From Trueperaceae bacterium (lineage in GTDB: Bacteria; Deinococcota; Deinococci; Deinococcales; Trueperaceae): a stretch of DNA of 64,000 bases. The DNA lies in assembly GCA_965214405.1 (NCBI GenBank), contig OZ243956.1, positions 4,128,001 through 4,192,000 on the forward strand. Direction: 5' to 3'. The position numbers and the translations under genes were made by a program. Under the pieces are notes generated by a model. The model was not told the DNA's origin, ran no database searches, and was given only the letters and a program-made list of their open reading frames with translations. Shown here piece by piece: positions 49,395 to 58,829 of this stretch; within the stretch, counting starts at the first letter, position 1, and each line of letters starts with the position of its first letter.

Positions 49395-49810
49395 ACCGTT
49401 TCATCCTCGAGCACCAAGAACCCTTCTTCCGGTGAGTAGCGAACAGGTTGCCCCTCCGGTTCGCCAGCCTCGCCCCAGTCATAAGGCGGCAGAGGCTGCG
49501 TCAGTTCGGCTTCGAGCCACACCTGACTTTCAGGGTCGAGCGTGTAGTCCGTCCCGACGTCTGACTGAGGTACCTTAATCTCGAGCAGATCCTCAACCTT
49601 GTAACGTGTACCGGTGATACGCTCTAAGCCCCACAGTACCCAACCCATCACCTCGGGGTCGATCTGCTTCGGTCCTGGCGCACTGCCCCACTTGTAGAGC
49701 GTAGTGCGGCTAACGCGCTTGGCGAGTTCTTGGTCTAAACGGTAGATGCTGACTTGCTCTTGTTGCAAGATAGCTGGCAGTTTCCATCTGATCTGGGGCG
49801 CTGTTTTCAT
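49391..49810 (-). CDS. Cro/CI-type HTH protein with acidic tail, probable antitoxin/repressor
   Basis: IRWKL...VSRTTLYKW...VEDLLE; ATGA overlap with the toxin gene. Confidence 0.7.
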   Translation of the reverse strand: MKTAPQIRWKLPAILQQEQVSIYRLDQELAKRVSRTTLYKWGSAPGPKQIDPEVMGWVLWGLERITGTRYKVEDLLEIKVPQSDVGTDYTLDPESQVWLEAELTQPLPPYDWGEAGEPEGQPVRYSPEEGFLVLEDETV

Positions 49811-50108
49811 AACAGCTTTATAGTACCACAAGGCCTGTACTAATTAGACTTAACATAACAGCCACGCATACATTAAAAACATGCAGGTTTGCTCGAGCTG
49901 GACGGCACTTCGTTTTCAAGGAACTGACAGTTCCTAAACCTCTGCAGAAAACTTGATCAACAGAGAAAAAAACCGGAACCGTCAGTTCCTTCTCAAGCTA
50001 TAACCGAGTCGGCTAAAGTCCACGTCAACACGCGCGGGGTTTCGGCTCTATCTCGCCAAAGCCTTGCATTTTGGGTTTTACGTGGACTTTAGGAAAGGAG
50101 ACCTGGTT

Positions 50109-50444
50109 ATGTCCGACAACACGATTGAGCCTATCGTCAAACAGGCAGCGTCCCTTCTGGAACTCGTCTTTGACGAGGCGATGCGCCGCGCCAGCGAACG
50201 GCACGGGCAGCTTGAGGCTCTCACGGCGGGCGAATCTCTTTGGGTGGAGGGAAGTGAGGCTGTGAAGATTATGGGTGCGGGCTACACCCTGTCCCGGCTC
50301 AAACAGCTCGGTCACCAGGGCGTCATCGTCATGGACAGAAAAGACCCAGATAAGCCTAACAGCCCCTACATCTTCTTGCGCTCGTCGCTCCACGACTACT
50401 CGGTAAAACGCGTCTTCGAACTTGACGAGAGACAAGCACGCTGA
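50109..50444 (+). CDS. Excisionase-like DNA-binding protein
   Basis: AAGGAG RBS; WVEGSEAVKIMG...LKQL...YIFLRSSL xis-like pattern; divergent from the HTH gene. Confidence 0.55.
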   Translation: MSDNTIEPIVKQAASLLELVFDEAMRRASERHGQLEALTAGESLWVEGSEAVKIMGAGYTLSRLKQLGHQGVIVMDRKDPDKPNSPYIFLRSSLHDYSVKRVFELDERQAR

Positions 50445-50478
50445 GCGTGCAAACCGAAATGAGAGAGCGAGGTGCAGG

Positions 50479-51645
50479 GTGACTGATCTACAAGAGACTA
50501 AGGCTCGAGTCGACTTGAGAGCGATAGTTCAAGAAACGCATCTGCTAACGAAGAGTTCTAAGACCCGTTGCCTCTGGCACGATGACACGAACCCATCGCT
50601 TCATATCTATCCCGACGGATTCTACTGTTTTGCCTGTGGTGCATCGGGCGACCACCTGGACTGGTTGACGGCGACTCGAGCCCTATCCTTTCAGGAGGCG
50701 GTTGACACCCTAGCTCATCACGCTGGCACGTTCACTTGCTTTGCACCAGCACAGTTAACGATCCCGGTGACGTCACACGCGCTAGTGAATTCACGTGAGC
50801 CTTTTCTAAAAAAGCCGACTCTCGAGTGGCGCTTACCCTTAAGACAGCATCAACTCGAGACCCACCAGCGCCGGGCAGCTAAGCTGACTGAAGTCCCCGA
50901 AGCTCTAGCAGGCCGAAGTTTCACGCTATCCGACTGTAAACGTTTGAGTTTTGTAGGCGAGAACGGTAACACCATCTTTCCCGTCCTTGGACCCAATGGT
51001 TTAGCCCTCACCCTCAAGTGCCGCTACGCGGTCCCGAACCCGCACCGGTATGAGTATGTCACCCCAGGACGCGGCACCCCCGCCTGGTGCTCACCCGACA
51101 TCCGTCAATCAAAAGTCGTCTTCGTCGTTGAAGGTGAGCTCAACGGCATGATGTGCTGGCTAGCCTTGCGAGGTCAGGATAACCAAATCGGCGTCATGGG
51201 CACCGCGGGTACTAACGGCCTACTTCACCTCGATGTTCTCGAAAACAAAACGGTTGATATCTATGCTGACGGCGATGAAGCAGGTAACGAGGCCCGCCAG
51301 CGTTGGGCGAAGCAGGCGTTAGGTGCGGGGGCAAAAGAGGTGTATGTGCTCGAGCCCTGGCCGGTGGACGCCTGTGACATCGCCGGAGCCTTCGGCAAAG
51401 CAGCCTTGCGAAAACGTCTGACCTGGACCCGGAAACAGCCTTTTATTCCCGCAGAGTCCTTTGGTGCAGTCGGAGCGTCCGGTGCAGGAAGGACTGCACT
51501 AAAACAAATCCCGCTCTTATCGGCAAAACCCGATTTGGTGCAGTGGTGCAGTCATAGTAAGGGCGCGCTGCTTTTGAGCGTCCCGAAGCTCCTCCAGAGT
51601 TCTCCTCCGACCCTCACTCAGGAAAGCCGCCATGATGCCGCTTAG
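50479..51645 (+). CDS. DNA primase-like protein (CHC2 zinc finger and Toprim)
   Basis: CLWHDDTNPS...FYCFACG; VVEGE; YADGDEAG. Confidence 0.88.
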   Translation: MTDLQETKARVDLRAIVQETHLLTKSSKTRCLWHDDTNPSLHIYPDGFYCFACGASGDHLDWLTATRALSFQEAVDTLAHHAGTFTCFAPAQLTIPVTSHALVNSREPFLKKPTLEWRLPLRQHQLETHQRRAAKLTEVPEALAGRSFTLSDCKRLSFVGENGNTIFPVLGPNGLALTLKCRYAVPNPHRYEYVTPGRGTPAWCSPDIRQSKVVFVVEGELNGMMCWLALRGQDNQIGVMGTAGTNGLLHLDVLENKTVDIYADGDEAGNEARQRWAKQALGAGAKEVYVLEPWPVDACDIAGAFGKAALRKRLTWTRKQPFIPAESFGAVGASGAGRTALKQIPLLSAKPDLVQWCSHSKGALLLSVPKLLQSSPPTLTQESRHDAA

Positions 51646-52792
51646 CCAGGTCAATCTGGAGCGGACCCTGCCCCCGCTCAGGTGGTCGGTCGGCGGCTTG
51701 ATTCTACAGGGCTACATCAATACCATCGCCAGTCTGCCGGGCGAAGGCAAAACGGCCTTACTTACGGGTTTGGCTTGGCAAGCGTCACGTACGAAGGGGA
51801 CATTCCTAAACCGCCATGTGGCGCACGGCACGACCCTCTACGTCGACTTCGACGCCCCCGGTGACGGGCGCACCGTGCGCTACTGGCTAGACAAACACAA
51901 GAAAACGTTTGGCGACGGCGATATCGGAAAGATAGTGGTGCTCGAGCCCGACCTTAATACTTTTGGGCTGGCTGAAGGGGAGCTCCAAGAGCTTACTAAC
52001 GTCGCTAAAGAGACAGAGGCAAAGCTCATCCTCATCGACTCGTTCAGCTCAGCTTTCCCCAGCGTCGACCCCATCAAGCTCGTGCAAGTCCAAAGTCCTC
52101 TCTGGTACTTGAGACGCCTAGCGACGGACACTGGAGCGGCCGTGGTCATCATCGATCACCTACCCAAACCCGTCTCGGGTGAGAAAGCGGGTGCCAGAGG
52201 AATTATCGGTTCGGTGGCGAAGTCGGCCCAGGCGAGAGCGGTGCATATCTTGTCTCGAGTCCCGCCCAAAGAAGTCGAGGGTAGAAACGTCCTCAGATGG
52301 GACACCACCAAGATGAGCTACAGCGCCAGGCCGGAACCGATAGGGGTAGAGCTTCGCTTTGAAGATGGCGCGGTTTCCATTGAGGTTGTTGACTTACCCG
52401 AAGGACAAGGGGAAACGCGTACCGAACATGCTATCCGGGCGATGCAGGATTATCTGGAGACCCATCGTGGGACAGTCGTGCCGCATCAGGCTTTATTGGA
52501 TATCGCAGTCGAAGAAGCCAACCTGCGCAGGCGCGCCTCGCTAGACGCCATCAGGCTCCTTAAAGAGCGCTACGGTGACGAGCTTATCACCACCTTCTTA
52601 CCGGGAAGAGGAAAGCCCCAGGGTTACCGGCTGAAGCTCGAGCCAGACACCCCTTCTCTATGTATTGCACCACTGCACCAAATGGGAGATAAAGCGTCTG
52701 GGACGATAAATCATTTGGTACCCACCCCTTCAGGGCATAATGCACCAAATCAAGACCACAAACCTTATGGAGACCCTGAAGAGACAAACTGA
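51632..52792 (+). CDS. AAA_25/RepA-like ATPase (helicase)
   Basis: SLPGEGKT Walker A; LILIDS; IIDH; follows the primase. Confidence 0.85.
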   Translation: MMPLSQVNLERTLPPLRWSVGGLILQGYINTIASLPGEGKTALLTGLAWQASRTKGTFLNRHVAHGTTLYVDFDAPGDGRTVRYWLDKHKKTFGDGDIGKIVVLEPDLNTFGLAEGELQELTNVAKETEAKLILIDSFSSAFPSVDPIKLVQVQSPLWYLRRLATDTGAAVVIIDHLPKPVSGEKAGARGIIGSVAKSAQARAVHILSRVPPKEVEGRNVLRWDTTKMSYSARPEPIGVELRFEDGAVSIEVVDLPEGQGETRTEHAIRAMQDYLETHRGTVVPHQALLDIAVEEANLRRRASLDAIRLLKERYGDELITTFLPGRGKPQGYRLKLEPDTPSLCIAPLHQMGDKASGTINHLVPTPSGHNAPNQDHKPYGDPEETN

Positions 52793-53562
52793 TGCTCCGT
52801 CCACGCAAAAAGCCCAACCTCCTCAACTACCTTCGCATAGCCGACTTCGCCGCCTCGGCAGGCGTGACCGAGCGGGCGGTTCAGGCGTGGCTGGCGAAGC
52901 CCAAAGTTGACCCAGAAGTGAGAGCGTATGTCGAGGAGAAGTTGGGACGAATAATTCCAGACCCCGCTAAACCCGAGTTTGAACCGTTTCTCAAAGAGCT
53001 CAAGCAGACCCACCCGCAGCTGTTTCAAAGGCTTAAGAGTAACCGCACCAAGTGTTTGAGTTACGGCATCGTCTACAGCGGCAGGGCGTACATCAGTCTG
53101 CAAGGTGCAGAAAGGTATTTGAACGAGCGGAAGCTGCCTCGAGTCTCTCGCCGCCCCAAAGACAGCATCACCGTCGAAGCGGCCATAGCCATCCTTCCCT
53201 ACAGCCGCTGGAAGATTTACAAAGCGGTATTTGCCGGTGAAATCGAGGCGGTTATCCACTCCCAAACGATTTATCTGGATAAGAAAAGTGTCGAGGCGTG
53301 TAGGCTCGAGCAGAAAAGCCTACTTCCCCTACCTGGCTGGATACTGATGCAGGACGCCGCTCAGCAAGTCGGCAGGTCTTACACCTCGCTGAAAGCATGG
53401 CTGACGCTGCACGAACGCCCCATCCGGGTGTTTCTGCACCCGAAGTCGCATCGACCTCGGCGCTATATGCTGCGAGCAGATGTGGAAAAGTATAGGCAAA
53501 CAGCCGCAAAGACCGACAAACACATCCCCAGGAACTTGCGAGATACGGAGTCTGGCGGATAG
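52792..53562 (+). CDS. Protein with repeated xis/MerR-like HTH modules
   Basis: IADFAASAGVTERAVQAW; VEAAIAILPYSRWKIYKA; MQDAAQQVGRSYTSLKAW. Confidence 0.65.
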   Translation: MLRPRKKPNLLNYLRIADFAASAGVTERAVQAWLAKPKVDPEVRAYVEEKLGRIIPDPAKPEFEPFLKELKQTHPQLFQRLKSNRTKCLSYGIVYSGRAYISLQGAERYLNERKLPRVSRRPKDSITVEAAIAILPYSRWKIYKAVFAGEIEAVIHSQTIYLDKKSVEACRLEQKSLLPLPGWILMQDAAQQVGRSYTSLKAWLTLHERPIRVFLHPKSHRPRRYMLRADVEKYRQTAAKTDKHIPRNLRDTESGG

Positions 53563-53586
53563 GTTGCTGTCATCGAAAGAGGTTCC

Positions 53587-54750
53587 GTGGATCAGACAAA
53601 CGTCGAGGGTAAAACTCCCCGCCCAACCCAAGAGCGCATCGTCGCCATCGACATCCTCCGGGGTTTTGCGCTGTTCGGGGTGCTGGTCGCCAACGCGCTG
53701 GCGTTCAGCTATCCCTTTCAGTTCTACGCGCCACTAAGCTTTCCAGAATTAGATGAGGTTGGACGTTTGACCGAAGGGCTCGTCCGGGTGCTGGTGGTCG
53801 GCTCGTTCTATCCGCTGTTCTCCTTATTATTCGGGCTTGGCTTTGCGCTCTATTTGCGTAAGGGGGATGAGGTCCTGCCGCTGTTTAGAAGGCGCCTTGT
53901 TATCTTGCTCCTGATCGGGCTTATCCACGCCGTCTTCATCTGGTCGGGTGACATCTTGGTGACCTATGCCCTGATCGGCCTCTTGCTCATCCCATTTACG
54001 AGACAATCCGACAAAGCGCTGCTCGTTTGGATGACCGTGCTAACAGCCTGGACCTTTGCCACCGAATGGCTTCTAGGGAGTTCAGAAGACGGCTTTGCGC
54101 TTTCGTATATCGAACAAGCTACGCGCGCTTATGGGACGGGGAGCTACCTCGAGGCCATACGGCAACGACTTGCCGATACCGGCTTGACCCTTTTGAACTT
54201 ACCTGTTGCCGGGCCGCAAATCCTGGCGTTCTTCTTGGGGGGCTTACTTTTGGGAAGACAGACATATCTAGAGGACACAGTAAAGCACCGTTTCTTCTGG
54301 CAGCGGGCGTGTCTCGTGAGTTTTCTGATCGGCGTGCCCATTGTCGGGTTACACGCCTTTCTCGTGTTGCATTCGGCTCCCGTCTCGAGCTTTCTTTCTG
54401 CTTTGGACCTCACGCTCGGAAGTCCGGCGTTGGGATTCGGGTATCTGGCGGGCCTCGCTCTATGTCTTACCCCGAGCGTGCAACGTCGTCTCAGGTCGCT
54501 CGCCGCGGTGGGGCGCATGGCGCTCACGAACTACCTCATGCAGTCGGTTATCTTTACGCTCATCTTTTACGGCTATGGCGGCGGTTTGTACGGTGAGGTG
54601 ACCCCGATATGGAGTGTCATGCTCGCTTCCGTTGTCTTTCCGCTGCAGATGGTGCTCAGTCATTGGTGGCTAAGGCGCTTCAGGTATGGACCTGTTGAGT
54701 GGGGGTGGCGCTGTTTGACGTACGGAAGGTGGTTTAAGCTTAGGAAGTAA
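53587..54750 (+). CDS. DUF418 (YeiB-like) membrane protein
   Basis: RIVAIDILRGFALFG, FSLLFG, GDIL, GRMALTNYL and GPVEW motifs. Confidence 0.9.
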   Translation: MDQTNVEGKTPRPTQERIVAIDILRGFALFGVLVANALAFSYPFQFYAPLSFPELDEVGRLTEGLVRVLVVGSFYPLFSLLFGLGFALYLRKGDEVLPLFRRRLVILLLIGLIHAVFIWSGDILVTYALIGLLLIPFTRQSDKALLVWMTVLTAWTFATEWLLGSSEDGFALSYIEQATRAYGTGSYLEAIRQRLADTGLTLLNLPVAGPQILAFFLGGLLLGRQTYLEDTVKHRFFWQRACLVSFLIGVPIVGLHAFLVLHSAPVSSFLSALDLTLGSPALGFGYLAGLALCLTPSVQRRLRSLAAVGRMALTNYLMQSVIFTLIFYGYGGGLYGEVTPIWSVMLASVVFPLQMVLSHWWLRRFRYGPVEWGWRCLTYGRWFKLRK

Positions 54751-54852
54751 GGGATGCTTATGCGCGTGGTGGCCCGACAGCCGCACAGTCTGTAGCACCC
54801 GCTGAAACCCTACTCGGCTGACTGGTGGGCCACAGGTAATGCCCCAAAAATC

Positions 54853-55707
54853 CTACGATGGTACGAGTCGAACTTTATCAGTTTTAGCCAACACCGACCA
54901 AGGCGTAGCGTAAGCGAGGGCGCTATGGCGGCGCTCGCGGTTGTACCAGGCTTTGAAGTGCTCGGCTAACGTCTGGACATCGAGGAGCGTGGTGTACTCA
55001 TGCCGGAAGAGCCACTGGTGCTTGAAGGTGCGGTTCAGGCGCTCTAGGATGCCCATTCCGCCTTTCTGGTTGACCTTGCTGCGTACCCAGCAGCCGACGT
55101 CCTGGCAAAAGTTTTGGAACAGCTCCGAGGTGAAGTCGCTTCCCGCGTCGCTCTGGATGACGAGGGGTTCGTTAATACCGAGTTGTTTCAGGACCTCTGC
55201 GCCTTTGCGGAGCACGTCGCGCGCCGCTTTTTTGGATAGGCTCCGCACTGCCTTGAGCGCTAAGCAGGCGCGGCTTGTCACGTCTTGTACGAGATAGACC
55301 CACACCTTGCTGCCTCTGATAGCGACCCGGGTGGCGTCTATTTGGACGCGGCGACCAGGCGGATAGTCAGGAACCGCTGTGACCTCGGGGGATGGGTTAC
55401 GACGCTTTCTCGCGGCTGGCGGGTTCAGGCCGAGTTCACCCAGAATGCACCGTACCTTCTCGCGCCCGACCTTCACGCCGCGCGCCTTGAGTTCTTGATA
55501 AAGAGGCCGGTGGCCGTAGGTAGGGTGTTCCAGCGCCACCTCTTTGACAGTTTGACGCAGCGCCTGCTCACGCTGTTGGCGCTTCTGCCTTTGCTGCTCG
55601 GTGCGGATGAAGTCTCTAAGGCGGTAGTAAGCCACCCCCACTGTCTCGGCAAAACGCCGCAAGGACAGCTCAGGGTAGTGACGATAAAGGTCGGCTAACT
55701 TTGCCAC
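54853..55707 (-). CDS. Transposase OrfB (DDE/rve core)
   Basis: QIDAT, QSDAGSDFTS, ERLNRTFK and YNRERRHSAL motifs. Confidence 0.9.
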   Translation of the reverse strand: MAKLADLYRHYPELSLRRFAETVGVAYYRLRDFIRTEQQRQKRQQREQALRQTVKEVALEHPTYGHRPLYQELKARGVKVGREKVRCILGELGLNPPAARKRRNPSPEVTAVPDYPPGRRVQIDATRVAIRGSKVWVYLVQDVTSRACLALKAVRSLSKKAARDVLRKGAEVLKQLGINEPLVIQSDAGSDFTSELFQNFCQDVGCWVRSKVNQKGGMGILERLNRTFKHQWLFRHEYTTLLDVQTLAEHFKAWYNRERRHSALAYATPWSVLAKTDKVRLVPS

Positions 55708-55709
55708 GC

Positions 55710-56000
55710 TTAGAGACCTCGCGCTTTTTTTGCCACGTCAAGCTCGACCACCTTCTCACCCAAGAGTGTCTTGAGACGTTCCACCTCTTTCTCAAGTTGC
55801 ACCTCCTTAGCGGTCGCTGTCCGTTGGTCCTCGAAGCTCTGTTTGCCCGCCTCCAAGAACTGGCGCTTCCATTTATAAACTAAGGTCTCGTGAACGCCGT
55901 GCTGACGCGCGATCTCGGCGGCGACTACCTCACCGTGTAGTACCGCCATGACCACTTCGGCTTTGAACTCCGCTGTCCACTTCTTCTGCTGTTTGCCCAT
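55710..56000 (-). CDS. Transposase OrfA (HTH)
   Basis: WTAEFKAEVV...IARQHGV...YKWK; A7 slippery run near its end. Confidence 0.9.
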   Translation of the reverse strand: MGKQQKKWTAEFKAEVVMAVLHGEVVAAEIARQHGVHETLVYKWKRQFLEAGKQSFEDQRTATAKEVQLEKEVERLKTLLGEKVVELDVAKKARGL

Positions 56001-56032
56001 GTCCTATCCTCCCTGATTCTGATCCGCTCATG

Positions 56033-56500
56033 TTAAGCGGCTCCGGTGGAAGGATTTCCTGGGGCATTACCCACATCCAACTCTTTCAGCCAGCTTTGCA
56101 CCTTGGCCTCGATTTGGTCGCGTATCTGCCTGAAAAATGCAGTTTTGTTCTCTTCACTCCCTTCGAACGCGGCGGGGTCGTCGAACGGCCAGTGCAGCCG
56201 GTGCAGTTCGCCTAGGAACGAGGTGGGGCAGTGCTCCTCAGCCTTACTGCATACCGTGATGACGTAAGTGAAGTGCTCCTTGCCCAGATATTCCCTAACG
56301 CTCTTGGCGCTGTGAGCCGACATGTCATAACCCGCCTCTTCCATCACCTTGAGCGTGTAAGGGTTAATCACGCTGGGGTCGAGTCCGGCGCTATGCACCT
56401 CGAACCTATCTCCGGCGTGCTTGCGCAACAAGGCTTCGGCCATCTGGCTGCGGGCCGAATTGCCCGTACAGATAAAAAGCACTTTTCGTTGTCTGTCCAC
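56033..56500 (-). CDS. arsC: Arsenate reductase (LMW-PTP type); C-terminus replaced by IS sequence
   Basis: [13 protein letters not shown]...CP and HWPFDDP motifs. Confidence 0.88.
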   Translation of the reverse strand: MDRQRKVLFICTGNSARSQMAEALLRKHAGDRFEVHSAGLDPSVINPYTLKVMEEAGYDMSAHSAKSVREYLGKEHFTYVITVCSKAEEHCPTSFLGELHRLHWPFDDPAAFEGSEENKTAFFRQIRDQIEAKVQSWLKELDVGNAPGNPSTGAA

Positions 56501-56507
56501 CGTCTAA

Positions 56508-56607
56508 TACGCTTTCCGGATGAATGGCTTGCAAAAGCCATTCATCCCGAGTGGAGCGAGAAGAAACAAACGCATTCCGTGTGCAAAGCGTTCATCCGGA
56601 ATCGGTA
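56508..56607. repeat. 100-bp MITE-like element resembling Deinococcus small repeats
   Basis: TIRs TACGCTTTCCGGATGAA / TACCGATTCCGGATGAA; TAA duplicated on both sides; internal hairpin GGATGAATGGCTT-GCAA-AAGCCATTCATCC. Confidence 0.75.
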
Positions 56608-56614
56608 TAACTCC

Positions 56615-57304
56615 TCAATCTCCCGCCCGTTGCAGCGCGGGGCTGCTGCCTTCTTGTACGTCGTGCGTAGGCTGCCACAAATAGGCCGCCGCGAGCGCCG
56701 CGACAGATGCGCCGACGATGGGCGCGAGCCAGTAGAGCCAGTGCTGCGACCACTCGCCCGAGAACAAGGCCGGGGCGAAGCTGCGGGCCGGGTTCATCGA
56801 AGCACCCGTGAGTGCGCCACCCGCTATCGCGCCGAGCGTGACCGTGAAACCGATATAAACGCCTGCCAAAGCCTGCTTCTGGATGACACAGGTAGCAATG
56901 ACAAACATCAGAAAGAAGGTCAGGATGACCTCTATTGCCACGCCTTGAATGAGAGACACGCCGGGCGCGAGTAGGGTTGCGCCGTAGGCTACGGGCTCGA
57001 GCCTCCCCGCACCGTAAAAGGCTTGCAGAGCGAGCATGGCGGTGGTCGCACCCGCCAGCTCCGCACTCCAGTACAGCAGCAGTTCTCTAAAGGTAATGCG
57101 CCGCAGCACGAAAAAACCTACCGTCACGGCGGGATTGAAGTGGGCAAAAGAAATCGCACCCACGGCGGCAATCATCACAGCAACCGTCAGGCCAAAAGCA
57201 AAGGCCACCGCGAGACCGCCCGCCCCGGATGCGATGGCACCGACGCCGACGAACAGCAGGGCAAAGGCGCCGATGAACTCCGCCAGCCAGATGCGAGGGG
57301 TCAT
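56615..57304 (-). CDS. MIP/aquaporin channel, probable arsenite conduit
   Basis: AEF, HFNPAVT and SMNPARS motifs; inside the ars operon. Confidence 0.9.
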   Translation of the reverse strand: MTPRIWLAEFIGAFALLFVGVGAIASGAGGLAVAFAFGLTVAVMIAAVGAISFAHFNPAVTVGFFVLRRITFRELLLYWSAELAGATTAMLALQAFYGAGRLEPVAYGATLLAPGVSLIQGVAIEVILTFFLMFVIATCVIQKQALAGVYIGFTVTLGAIAGGALTGASMNPARSFAPALFSGEWSQHWLYWLAPIVGASVAALAAAYLWQPTHDVQEGSSPALQRAGD

Positions 57305-57753
57305 ACACCTACCTGTGCCGTGAGCGCTTCCTCGGTCAGAGTGTCACCTGCTGTCAGGGTTTTGATCAAGCGTTGGCAGGTCACGCCTACCGCGTCGCGC
57401 ACCTCACGCCATGCCTCGAGCGGCTGGCCGGTCGGGTCGGGGAACGACACGTGCAGGCGGGTTGTTTGGGTCGGGTAAGCGGGGCAGGCTTCGTTGGCGC
57501 TGTCGCACACCGTCAGTACCACGTCGAAGTTCCACAGGTCGGGCAGCTCGTCCAGTATTTTTGAGCTGTGGCCGGAGAGGTCGATGCCGACTTCTTGCAT
57601 CACCGTCACCGCTTCGGGCTTGACGAACGCCTTTTCGGTGCCCGCTGAGAACATCTCAGCTTCTAAGCCAACGAGATTGGCGTAGTGCTTTAGCCAACCT
57701 TCCGCCATCTGGCTGCGCGCCGAGTTGTGGGTGCAGAGAACGAGCAACCTCAC
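57301..57753 (-). CDS. arsC: Arsenate reductase (LMW-PTP type)
   Basis: [21 protein letters not shown] and FPDP motifs. Confidence 0.9.
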   Translation of the reverse strand: MRLLVLCTHNSARSQMAEGWLKHYANLVGLEAEMFSAGTEKAFVKPEAVTVMQEVGIDLSGHSSKILDELPDLWNFDVVLTVCDSANEACPAYPTQTTRLHVSFPDPTGQPLEAWREVRDAVGVTCQRLIKTLTAGDTLTEEALTAQVGV

Positions 57754-58184
57754 AGAAGCTCTTTCCAAAAAGCCTGCGCCGAAGCCGGGCACGCCCCACG
57801 CAGCTCAGCCGAAGCACTCAACTCAGCGGGTAGCTCGGTGCGCTCTATAGGTGTGAAGCCGCATCTGGTCAGCAGCTCGGGAATGGTGGTGGTGAGGCCG
57901 AAGACGGCGCGAAGGCCGCGACGACGCGCCTCCCCCTCTGCAAACCTGAGCAAGATGCGCCCGTAACCCTGGCTCCGCACCTCCTCGTTTACGGTTAACG
58001 AGCGCATTAAGGCGTAGGAACCGTGTGTTTCGATACCCACGAGGCCGACGGGTTCATCTGCCTTTTCCAACACGAATAGGTCGGTGTCCTCGAGGCCGTC
58101 TACAGGTAGCTCGGACCGCTCGAGCATCGCTGCCAGCTTAGCCGCCTCTTCAGGCAGCGCAGGCCGGACTGCCGCGGCATTCAC
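57750..58184 (-). CDS. Arsenic-associated GNAT acetyltransferase (ArsN2-like)
   Basis: LMRSLTV...RSQGYG; LTTT; CPASA C-terminus. Confidence 0.85.
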   Translation of the reverse strand: MNAAAVRPALPEEAAKLAAMLERSELPVDGLEDTDLFVLEKADEPVGLVGIETHGSYALMRSLTVNEEVRSQGYGRILLRFAEGEARRRGLRAVFGLTTTIPELLTRCGFTPIERTELPAELSASAELRGACPASAQAFWKELL

Positions 58185-58501
58185 GCCCCTACCACCTGAG
58201 TCCGTTCAGCTGCTTTCTTCAATTCAGCGAGTGCAGTGACGACCTCGGTGAACGCTTCCGGGGCCAGCTCGTAGTACACCCAGCGCCCACGCTTCTCGGC
58301 GGTGATGAACCCGGCTTCGACGAGCTGCTTCATGTGGTGACTCACAGTGGGCTGGGTAAGGCCGAGGAACGCTTCGAGGTCGCAACCGCAGATGCCATCG
58401 TCGCGGCTGCAGCAGCTCTGGACGGGTTCTCTCAGGAACTCCAGAATCGCGAGACGGGTGGGGTCGGCCAGGATTTTGAGCTTATCGGATAAATCGGTCA
58501 T
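58181..58501 (-). CDS. arsR: ArsR-family repressor
   Basis: LADPTRL, CC...CGC, QPTVSHHM and GRWVYY motifs. Confidence 0.9.
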   Translation of the reverse strand: MTDLSDKLKILADPTRLAILEFLREPVQSCCSRDDGICGCDLEAFLGLTQPTVSHHMKQLVEAGFITAEKRGRWVYYELAPEAFTEVVTALAELKKAAERTQVVGA

Positions 58502-58628
58502 AGACCCTAGTCTATCAATAGGTCGTCATCTATGTGTCATGGCTTGGGACATATTGACAAACATCTATGCGCAGCGTATAGTCAAACTAGAAGGAAGCAT
58601 AGATGAGCGTCTATGCAAAGGAGACGAT

Positions 58629-58820
58629 ATGGATACCCAGATTTATCACTTCGCCAGTAAGCTCGCCCAAGCGCGTGTGCAAGAACTCCGGCACGAAGCC
58701 TATGTTGCCAGGCTTCAGCGTCGGCACCTTGCCAGCGAGTCGGGCGCGTTCTTGACTAGGCTCGCAGCAGTTAAGTTCACAGCAGCGCCTCGGTCAACAG
58801 CCGAGTGCTGCCCCGCTTAG
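58629..58820 (+). CDS. Small protein ending in ECCPA
   Basis: AAGGAG RBS; divergent from arsR; vicinal Cys pair. Confidence 0.55.
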   Translation: MDTQIYHFASKLAQARVQELRHEAYVARLQRRHLASESGAFLTRLAAVKFTAAPRSTAECCPA

Positions 58821-58829
58821 GAGACGAAC

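Larger units (their letters stand above)
54835..56071 (-). mobile_element. IS3-like two-ORF insertion sequence, 1237 bp
   Basis: IRs GGTAATGCCCCA..AAATCCT at both ends; 4-bp duplication CACA (54831-54834, 56072-56075). Confidence 0.9.
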
